Shown: positions 37,541-47,076 of the stretch, piece after piece
Numbering within the stretch: the first letter of the stretch is position 1
Layout of the letters: each line of letters starts with the position of its first letter
NCBI GenBank assembly: GCA_048772705.1
Contig: JBLWGC010000123.1
Coordinates: 17,039-81,038 of the forward strand
Direction: 5' to 3'
Length of the DNA: 64,000 nt
Source of the DNA: Leidyana gryllorum EB-2025a
Taxonomy: Eukaryota; Protista; Apicomplexa
Made by a program: the position numbers and the translations under genes
The notes under the pieces: model-generated
Told to the model about the DNA's origin: nothing
Databases searched by the model: none
What the model saw: the letters and a program-made list of their open reading frames with translations, nothing else

Positions 37541-38001
37541 AACGAAGCTCTGAACTGAGTTACACCCTATTTGCCGTTGGGTGGAGCCCTGGATCCGTTC
37601 CGGTGGGACGGAATCGAACCGCCGACTATCTGACTATCTGATGCCAGCACTACAGTCAGATGCTCTACCAACTGAGCTACCCCCGGTCGTCCAACTGCTG
37701 CGAGATTCGAAGGCTCAACCTCAAACCCTCAACAGTGTCAGAAGTACGGCACGGATTTCGGGGTGGTCCAAGGTGCCACACTCGAGTTCCGGTAAGATTG
37801 CACGAGCTGGGTACCACTGATTTCCAAGACGGTACGGCTCTCGGCCGAGGCCTCAACTCAAGCACTTGTCCACTGTAGTCTATGTGGCTAGGATATGCGG
37901 CTCTCACCCGCACGATCCGGGTTCAAGTCCTGGCAGTGGAAATCCAGCAGAGTGTGCTTGTAGGCAACGGTTCCACTCCTACTCCCAGAGACATTGATTT
38001 G

Positions 38002-38074
38002 CACCGCCCGCGGGGCTCGAACCCGCGACTGGAAGATTAAAAGTCTTGCGCTCTACCGACTGAGCTAGGGCGGC
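38002..38074 (-). tRNA. tRNA-Lys(TTT)
   Basis: Lys body, anticodon TTT; one anticodon-stem mismatch. Confidence 0.75.
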
Positions 38075-38693
38075 AAGGAAACTCTAAACTTAGTTACACC
38101 CTATTTGCCGGTGGGTAGAACAGTGGAAGTATTAAGTGGTGGAACAATGTGCTTCAGTAACTTCCGTGAATAGGGACTCATTCGTGATGTCCAGTTGACA
38201 TTGCCTTCTTAGCTTGGGGCAGAGCATTCGCTTAGTAAGTGAAAGGTCGCCGGTTCGATTCGGGCAGAAGGCTTGGCTCACGAGCCAATCTATCCTGCAA
38301 CTGTTCCCTTCTGCGCACACTTTGCAGTGCGTCGTTTTCGATCGACGGACCTTTGCGTTATGAGCCTAACACTCTTCCACTGAGCTACACTGCTCAGTCT
38401 GCAACATGGAAGAGGTAGCCGAAATGTGATCCTCGAGATGTTAGTTGCCCTGACTGCCCTACCGAAGCGGGCTAACGAGGTGGCTGTGTTGGTTCTGAGG
38501 GCAACATGTCCGGTCAAGTCAAACGACGACCAATAGGGCTGTTCTGGAATCGAACCCAGGACTCCTTCCACTCTGAGGAAGGATTATACCAGCAGAGCAA
38601 CAGCCGAATATTTGGGTGCATGCAACCGGATATACGAATGGAGATTCGAATCTACTGTGGCCTTTTCCAGCTTTTTTTTGGGATGATCGCCGT

Positions 38694-38777
38694 TGCACAG
38701 AATGGGATTCGAACCCATGCAGACTTGCGCCTACCAGAACTTGAGTCTGGCCCCTTAGACCACTCGGGCATCTGTGC
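38694..38777 (-). tRNA. tRNA-Leu(CAA)
   Basis: Inverted paralog of 4775-4858. Confidence 0.88.
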
Positions 38778-39051
38778 ATTACTTTCCTTCTGAGTTCCAA
38801 AGTGTTAATGGCTTCCGTTGCCACCGATGTCGTTCTGGCTGCGGTGTGCCGCCCCGAAGTACTCTCACGGCCCGGGGTGCTTAGATGGTAACGTATCTGA
38901 CTGTAGTGGTGGCATCAGATATTCCACGAGTAAATTCCGTCCCACCCGAAGTTTGAGGAGTGAACTTCTTGCAACGCAGTTCGTCTGACGCTCCTGTTCC
39001 ATCCCATCCTGATCGATGCTTCGCTACCTCTACAGCCTCGCTCAAAGATTT

Positions 39052-39123
39052 GTCCGAGTCGTCTAGTGGTTAGGACAGCACGTTGTGGCCGTGCAAACCC
39101 AGGCTCGATTCCTGGCTCGGACA
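39052..39123 (+). tRNA. tRNA-His(GTG)
   Basis: Inverted paralog of 9293-9364. Confidence 0.82.
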
Positions 39124-40913
39124 ACCAATCTAAAGTGCATTGCAATTCCCCTCCAAACCTCTCAGATCCTTATCGAGACTGAGAGACCAGTCAGAAAAGC
39201 TTAAGTGCGTGAGCAAAGCCTTCTGCCGGAATCGAACCGGCGACCTTTCGCTTACAAAGCGAATGCTCTGCCACCAGCTAAGAAGGCAATGTTAACGGAA
39301 GTTACTGAAGCTCATTGTTCCACCGGTCGAACGGATCCAGAGCTCCACCCAACGGCAGATAGGGTGTAACTTAGTTTAGAGCTTCGTTGCCGCCCTAGCT
39401 CAGTCCGTAGAGCGCAAGACTTTCAATCTTGCAGTCGCCGGTCCGAGCTCCGCGGGCGGTGCAAATCAATGTCTCTGGAAGCCGTTACCTACAACCACAC
39501 TCTGCTGGATTTCCACTCCCGGGACTTGTACCCGGATCGTGCGGGTGAAAGCCGCATATCCTAGCCACTTAGACTACAGTGGACGTGTGGTTGAGTTGGG
39601 GCTTCGGCCGAGAGCCGTACCGTCTTGGAAAAAATGGTATGCCGGCGTGATCAAGTGAGTGAATGTCTGATACAGATTCGGTTAGTAACCAATTCCATTT
39701 TTATTGATCGTGGAATCTTGGGCCTTCGCCGGGCCTTCGCCGGGTACAGGGCGAGCTTCCTTGCCGCCCCAACTCCGTCGGTGGAGCGCAAGACTTTTGA
39801 TGGGAGAACCGCGGGCTCGGGGGGGGCGAGCAGTGCTGAACCGTATGCGAAGCCACTGGCTGCAAAATGCCAAGTTCGACAGCGGCAACTTGCCCGAGTG
39901 GTTAAGGGGGTAGACTAGAAATGTACTGGGCCTGGCCCGCGCTGGTTCAAATCCAGCAGTTGTTGTGCGATGTGGTTGGAGGGGTAAACACCAACTGACG
40001 CATGAATTTCTGGAATGATGGAAAAACAACAATGTGTCCTCTGCATCTGCCGGGAATCGAACCCGGGTCGTCTCGATGGCAATGAGACATTCTACCACTA
40101 GACCACAGATGCGTGACACCTCCATTCCTGACCACCAAGTAATGAGTCTGGAGCGGGGGATGGTTTTGGGCCTATGGCCAACGTACCGCGTCTGACTCCA
40201 GATCAGCAGGTTGGGTTTTCGAATCACTATGGGCTCAATCAGACTCTTTTGTTTTTCCCGTGTGAGGCTCAACCTGAAAAGAGTGGGATTTGGACCCACG
40301 CCCTTTCAAACTGCGACTTGAATACAGCGCCTTAGACCCCTCAGCCATCTTATCAGCTCGATTCCTGTCCCGCTACTCCAAGCGTTCCCTGTCTGTTGAA
40401 GCTAGAGAATGGAAAAGCTGGGCTCTGAGGTTGGGCTGTGCCTCCGACATGGTATCAAAGTTATATTTCCGCCTGCCACGCCAACGATCGGGTGGGTATC
40501 AGCTCTGAACGCATTCATTTCCAATCCCAATGGCTTCATACACTCTTTTAATTCTTGGTCGTGAATGGTTAGCACTGCAGGCTTTGAATCTCCCGAGCTG
40601 GGTTCGATTCCCGGCGCGACTCGCAACTAGTTCTACTTCTTGAAACTTCGCAACTTCTCTTGGTTTCCGCAAAGCTTTCGTGCAGTCATGGTCTAGTGGT
40701 TACGACGTCTGCTTAACACGCAGAAGGTCCCGAGTTCGATCCCAGGTGGCTGTAACTCGAATCTTTGAAGTGAGTGCCACCAAAGCGAGGAAACAGGCTC
40801 TCTCCAAAACAGGGCATCGAACCCGCGTCTTCCGCGTCTTCAACCCTAAAAGTCTTCCTTCTCGAGAACTACACGGACAGAAAACCTGTAAAGTGGCGAG
40901 CCAAGGGCGCTCC

Positions 40914-40993
40914 GGCAAGATGGCCGAGTGGTCTAAGGCGCTGTGTTCAGGCCGCAGTCCGAAAGGGCGTGGGTTCGAATCCCACTCTTGTCA
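40914..40993 (+). tRNA. tRNA-Leu(CAG)
   Basis: Complete cloverleaf. Confidence 0.88.
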
Positions 40994-41053
40994 ACCGTTG
41001 TATTGGCACTCGGTGAGCCACTGGATGCAATATGTTTTCCATGTAGAGCGGAT

Positions 41054-41126
41054 GGGCGGCTAGCTCAGATGGTTGAGCGCTCGCTTTGCATGCGAGAGGT
41101 ACTGGGATCGATACCCAGGTCGTCCA
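41054..41126 (+). tRNA. tRNA-Ala(TGC)
   Basis: G3:U70, anticodon TGC. Confidence 0.82.
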
Positions 41127-41415
41127 AACTCAGTAGGGCGGCACCTGCCGGTAGTTATACAGAGTTGCGACCTCTAAGAGAGAGTCGGACATCGCAGCTC
41201 CCGGTACTGCCAGGCTTCGAAACTGCGACGTTGTGGTGAACAGCTACACGCTTTGTCGACTCAGCTACAACACCCAGTTGCAATGTTCTTTAGAGCGAGG
41301 GAGAATGATACCTTAAGGTCAAACAGCCTCCTGGGCGGCCTGCCCGGCCAGGGCACTCGTAGGTGTCAAATGCTGGAGTACTCGGCGGTCGCGTTCGGCT
41401 GTCATTGGGTTGATT

Positions 41416-41489
41416 TGCTCCCCAGGGGGATCGAACCCTCGACCTTCGGCACATAAGGCCGATGCTCTAACCAGCTGAGCTAGGGGGGC
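41416..41489 (-). tRNA. tRNA-Ile(TAT)-like, single copy, intronless
   Basis: TCGGC-CT-TAT-GT-GCCGA arm; two stem mismatches. Confidence 0.65.
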
Positions 41490-41800
41490 GATCACCGCCG
41501 TGCCACCGCGTAACTCACATTCGATTCTATCTCAGGGGGTTGTTACATCAAGTTTCAGAATGCCCCGGCCTCGTGCCGACCAAGCTTGTCAGCGTCTCTG
41601 TTAATTTACCACGGCGGTTTGAGGCGTGCCTCCTGCGTCTGTCGGGAATCGAACCTGGGTCGTCTCGGTGGCAACGACACATTCTACCACTAGACCACAG
41701 ATGCACAACTCGTTGTTGTTTGAGCTCGTGCACAATAACGGCCGTTCTGCTTCAGAAGAGAAGACAGAATCGAGTTGAGCGAGTATGGCGGGTAGTTTGT

Positions 41801-41872
41801 GGGTACGTAGCTCAGTGGTAGAGCAGCTGACTGCAGATCAGCAAGTCCGTGGTTCAACTCCGCGCGTGCCCT
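41801..41872 (+). tRNA. tRNA-Cys(GCA)
   Basis: Complete cloverleaf. Confidence 0.9.
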
Positions 41873-42361
41873 GAAGATGGTTTGGAACCATCGGATATGT
41901 TGGACCACAAGGCAATGAGTCTGGAGCGGGGGATGATTTTGGACCTATGGCGGAACGTAGCGCGTCCGACTCCAGCTTAGAAAATTGGGTGCTGTTCGAT
42001 AGTGTCTATATGGCTTTGATGTTTGATTTCAGCCCTGGGGGATCCAGCATCCGGGTCGGTGCCATCTGTCGTCGCAGAAGTGGTCGCGTAGCTCAGTCGG
42101 TTACCGGTTCGAGCCCGGGCGTGACCAAGTGAGTGGATCTCTGATAAAGAGTCGCCCTGGACCCAAGGGAGCCCCAACATTCTGCGACCAATACGAAAGG
42201 AATTTGTTACCAAGTCCGAGCTTCCTTGCCGCGCCAGCTCCGTCGGTAGAGCGCAAGACTTTCAATCGAGAGACCGCGGGTTCGGACAGCGCGAGCGGTC
42301 CGAGTCAAGCTGCTGAACCGTATGTGAAGCCACTGCCTGCGGCATGCCGAGTTCTACCGTT

Positions 42362-42443
42362 GGCAACTTGCCCGAGTGGTTAAGGGGGTAGACTCGAAAT
42401 CTACTGGGCCTGGCCCGCGCTGGTTCAAATCCAGCAGTTGTCG
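42362..42443 (+). tRNA. tRNA-Ser(CGA)
   Basis: Complete cloverleaf, anticodon CGA. Confidence 0.88.
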
Positions 42444-43718
42444 TGTGATGTGGTTGGAGGGGTAAACACCAACTGACGCATGAATTTCTGCAATGGTGGA
42501 AAAACAACCATGTGTCCTCTGCATCTGCCGGGAATCGAACCCGGGTCGTCTCGATGGCAACGAGACATTCTACCACTAGACCACAGATGCGTGACACCTC
42601 CATTCCTGACCACAAAGTAATGAGTCTGAGCGGGGATGCTTTTGGGCCTCTGACGCAACGACCGCGCCTGACTCCAGATCAGAGTTGGGTTTTCGAATCA
42701 CTCTGGGCTCAATCAGACTATTTTGTTTTTCCCGTGTGAGGCTCAACCTGAAAAGAGTGGGATTCGGACCCACACCCTTTCGAACTGCGACTTGAAGACA
42801 GTGCCTTAGACCACTCGGCCATCTTGCCGCACCGTTGTTGGCTCGTCGCTCCACGCTTTTTTGTCCGTGAGCCAAAATAGCAAGACTTCTGGGGTTGGAG
42901 GCCGGCGTGTTCAGAGCGTCCGAGATAGTATAGTGCTTAGTATTTCCGCCTGTCACGCGGAAGACCTGGGTTCGATTCCCGGTCTCGGAGCACAGTTGGT
43001 TTCGCTTGAGATTCTCTCCTTTGGTCCTCGGTGAAAGTTGCGAGCTACAGCCACCGAGGATCGAACTCGGGAATTTCTGCGTGTGAGGCAGACGTCGTAA
43101 GCACTAGACCATGGCTGCACGGAGCTTCCGGACTGTGAAAGCGGTGTGTGTCTCTGGAAACAGGTATCTGATGGAGGGCAGAAGGCTCGCACGGCTGCGA
43201 GGGATGACACCAAATGTCACGACCATTCTGCATCGCCCGTGGATCAAACACGGGACTTCCAGATCTTCAGTCTGGCGCTCTCCCAACCGAGCAACCGAGG
43301 CGGTAGGTAATCATGGAAGGCGGTGAAAATAAGGACTTACCGCGGCCGTATGTGGAGCCGATCCTGGCCACATGACGGAACCGACAGTTGCCAACTTGCC
43401 CGGGTGGGGAACTAATGCAGATCAAACACGGGACTTCCAGATCTTCAGTCTGGCGCTCTCCCAACCGAGCAACCGAGGCGGTAGGTAATCATGGAAGGCG
43501 GTGAAAATAAGGACTTACCGCGGCCGTATGTGGAGCCGATCCTGGCCACATGACGGAACCGACAGTTGCCAACTTGCCCGAGTGGGGAACTAATGCAGAT
43601 CCAGCAGTTGTCGTGCGATGTGATTGGAGGGGTTAGACACCAATTTACGCATGAATCGTGTGGTGGAAATGATACTATTTTCAGCATCAAAGCCTCATAG
43701 TGGATCGAGACCGGGGAA

Positions 43719-43790
43719 GCCTTCTTAGCTCAGGGGCAGAGCATTCGCTTTCTAAGCGAAAGATCGCCGGTTCGATCCCGGCAGAAGGCT
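43719..43790 (+). tRNA. tRNA-Thr body with TCT (Arg) anticodon
   Basis: All four stems pair; anticodon TCT at 43751-43753. Confidence 0.7.
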
Positions 43791-44957
43791 TTGCTCACGA
43801 GCTTAAGGTTTTCTGGCTGGACTCTCAGTCTCAATAACGACCTGAGAGGGTTGCCAAGTTCTCAGGCCTTTTCTGCCCCCATTCGTCAGTGCAACTGTGG
43901 TCACTCGTCCACTGTAGTCTCGGTGGCCAGTATATGCGGCGCCAACCCGGACCATCCCGGTTCGAGTCTCGGCAGCGCAAATGCAAGTGGGTGTAGGCAA
44001 CATACTGCATTCTTACTCCCCGGCCCATTCATCCGCACCGCCCACGGGACTTCAATCTGCGACTGCAAGATTAAGAGCTTGCGCTGCACCGACTGAGCTA
44101 GGACGACAAGGAAAGTCTAGACTTAGTTACACTCTATTTGCCTCAGGGTGGAGCCATGTAAGTCATTGGGCAGTTCCACCGCAGTCCTCAGTATTTCCGC
44201 CCGTCAAGCGGAAGACCTGGGTTCGACTGCCGGTCTTACAGCACAGCTCGTTCAGCTTTAGACTTCGTTTGGTGCTCACTCAAAAAATGCGGTTCGGGAG
44301 CAAACCGCGATGTCCAAGGGTCGCACGACAGGCGTTCGCTCACTTGGTACAGCATCTGACTACGGCGGGTGCGGCAGGTAGTCGACCGTTCGATTACCCC
44401 CTCCCCGACACTTGCCTCCTTATGCAAGAAGTGGGGTTCGAACCCACGCGGAATTAACCAGTGGATCTTAAGGCCACCCCCTTAACCTCTCGGGCATTCT
44501 CGCAATGCAGCTTCGAAATAAGTAGTCTGGGGTTCCTGCGGGTAGCCAGTGCCGACCATGTGAGTGGGGTCTGAACACAGCCCCTTGCCCACGAGGGCAT
44601 CTTGCCACATTCTGGTAGGCGCAAGTCTGCATGGGTGCGAATCCCATTCTGTGCAACGGTACTCATTCCAGGGCGGAATTGGCCATTACATCGTGGATCC
44701 CCCTAACATTCGGCTGTTCGGTCTAGTGGTATGATCCTTCCTCAGGGGGTGGAAGGAGTCCTGGGTTCGATTCCTAAAACAGCCTTTTTGCTAGCCGCTG
44801 ACGAGGGTCTAGGAGAGTTGATACACGCATCCCCTGTCTCAAATAGGATGTCTTTCGAACTCCGCCTACCACGTCACTCGACAGCTGCTAGATTCGAACC
44901 AGTGGGGCCAGGCGATACTGACGACTCAGGTGTTTAGACAGAGAGGCTGTGGGTTGT

Positions 44958-45030
44958 GCGGTGGTGGCGCAATGGATAGCGTGTTGCCCTCCGGAGGCAA
45001 AGGTTGTGGGTTCGAGTCCCGCCCACCGGT
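44958..45030 (+). tRNA. tRNA-Arg(CCG)
   Basis: TTGCC-CT-CCG-GA-GGCAA arm; acceptor slightly irregular. Confidence 0.72.
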
Positions 45031-45728
45031 CTCGTGGTCCCGCTCAACCGTGGAATCGAGAAGAGTGGCTGCCATTTGGAGCCATGCAGACTTGCGCCAT
45101 CCAAACTCAAGTTTGGCACCGCAGGCCACCGCGATCTGTGCCGCAGTGTTGAGCTTGAGGGCTCGAAGTGCCACTGTTGAGGAACCGAGGCTGGAAAAGT
45201 TCACTTGGGTTTAGCGGATAGGCGGCTATCCCAAGTGCCAGAGAGGTGACTTTGCAGGCCAAATGTGCGGGGGTCGATACCCAGGTGGGGGAGCTCTCGA
45301 AGAAAAGACATCTGTGCACCATTTCTATAAGTGTGTCCACCTGCGGGGGCTCACCAGTGCGTCGTTTCGATCGACGGAACTCTGGGTCATGAGCCCAACA
45401 CTCTCCTCGTGTCTTTCTGAGTGCTACAGCCTCTGTCGATCTTTCGACTGCACTTGTGGTCTGACGGCAAAATGCGACCGTGCTGAGGTCGTAACGCGGA
45501 CTGAGTTCCCGCAGGTGCAGCCGTATGCAAGTCGGACGACCTGTCTATCGATCTCATCTGGCATGTCAATGAGCACTCTACCCTTTGAGCTAGCGGTCTC
45601 CAACTTAGAAGAGCTATTGCATGCCCTCCTTGATGAGTGGACAATTGCCCGTTGAGAATCTGCGGAACGCTGCTGGCAAACTCGAGTCGCACGGCTGTGA
45701 GGGATGACACCAAATGTCACAACCTCTC

Positions 45729-45801
45729 TGCCTCGGCCGTGGATCGAACACGGGACTTCCAGATCTTCAGTCTGGCGCTCTCCCAACTGAGCTACCGAGG
45801 C
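45729..45801 (-). tRNA. tRNA-Phe(GAA)
   Basis: Complete cloverleaf. Confidence 0.9.
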
Positions 45802-46280
45802 GGTAGGTAGTCACGGAAGGCGGTGAAGACGAGCACCTATCGCGGCCGTATGTGGGGCCACTGCCCGCTCAAAAGGCGAGGACTTCTGGGGTTGGAGGCC
45901 TGCGTGTTTACTAGCGTCCGAGATAGTATAGTGGTCAGTATCACGCCTGTCACGCGGAAGACCCGGGGTTGATTCCCGGTCTTGGAGAAGTTCCAGCCCT
46001 CACAACTGCTGCAACTCAGATTTTGCCTCAGCTGGTCTGGACTTCATCCGGGATGGTACGAGTGGGAGCCGCGTATAGTAGCCGACCTTGGAGAGACGTG
46101 CCATTGAAGCCAGGACTTCTTCCACCCGAAGAAAGAATCATATAGCTAGACCAAACAGCCCTCTGTGGGTGCCTTAGGTACTGGCAGGTTCCAAACCTGC
46201 GACTTCGTGGCTAAGAGACTTACCTCTGTACAATGATGGGAGTTTGCGATAAGCTTGCAGGTGCCCAGTCGATGCATTCT

Positions 46281-46352
46281 AGCCTTCTGCCGGAATCGAA
46301 CCGGCGACCTTTCGCTTACTAAGCGAATGCTCTGCCCCTAAGCTAAGAAGGC
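46281..46352 (-). tRNA. tRNA-Thr(AGT), last gene of the array
   Basis: Complete cloverleaf. Confidence 0.9.
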
Positions 46353-46439
46353 AATCCAGGCCGAAGATCACGAATCAGTCACTATTGACGGGGATTACTG
46401 AGGCACATTGCTCGAGCTGTTTCCCTTGCCGGTCCTTGA

Positions 46440-47039
46440 TGTTGTAACCCCAAGTCGCTACTCGAGGGGAACGAGGCCCAGTTCCCATCTCTGCATACTT
46501 TCGACCACAAGTCAGACTTAGAACCCAGTTAGTATTTTTGCCGACAAGTCTACCACGAATATGTCGCACACGACGGCGCAAAACAAGAACTACGACTTGT
46601 TGTACCAAGTGCAAAAGTTATCTTAGGCCGCCTCTTGCCTAGTCCAACTCTGACTTAGCCAACTTGCTTGCGTGTGTCTCTCGCTCTGGTGTCTCTCTCA
46701 CTCCACCCATGTGCCAGTCGCTCGCACTCTTGCGGAGCCTCGCGCTGGACACACACGGTAGTTCTCCCCGACACCACACTCTGATCATTCATGTGAGTGT
46801 CTGCACAGTTACACTGTTGCAGAGAGCTCAGACCACCAGGGTGCATTTGCCTTTACGCTTTAGTAGTGGTTGCTTTACGTTCGTTAATAATGCCTTTTCA
46901 CCATCTTATACATGCCCCTATATAAGTGCCAAATATGTAGGGAAGTATCCAGATGGATGTTAATTCGATTGGAAATTTCACCAAGTCGAATCTGGCCACC
47001 CGATAGGAAGTTGACCATCCGGCAACACGAACTACAACA
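46440..47039 (-). repeat. 3' LTR of family A element (600 bp)
   Basis: TGTTGTA...TACAACA termini; matches the solo LTRs inside the tRNA array. Confidence 0.93.
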
Positions 47040-47076
47040 CACGCCCCCTCCTCGGGAAAGGCATCGTCCCTGATGA

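Larger units (their letters stand above)
155..46439. other. Mega-array of tRNA genes and pseudogenes on both strands (all 20 amino acids + iMet)
   Basis: A-box/B-box cloverleaf units every ~100-200 bp across 46 kb, with recurring multi-tRNA cassettes in both orientations. Confidence 0.95.

Noticed and set aside
147-46400. Hundreds of 60-230 aa ORFs in the track
   Set aside because: They are translations of tRNA or LTR sequence, recur as the same pseudo-peptides, and show no protein motifs
155-46439. CRISPR array or integron-like cassette array
   Set aside because: The repeats are tRNA bodies of many types on both strands, the spacers are themselves repeated, no cas or integrase gene is present, and the tRNA features are eukaryotic
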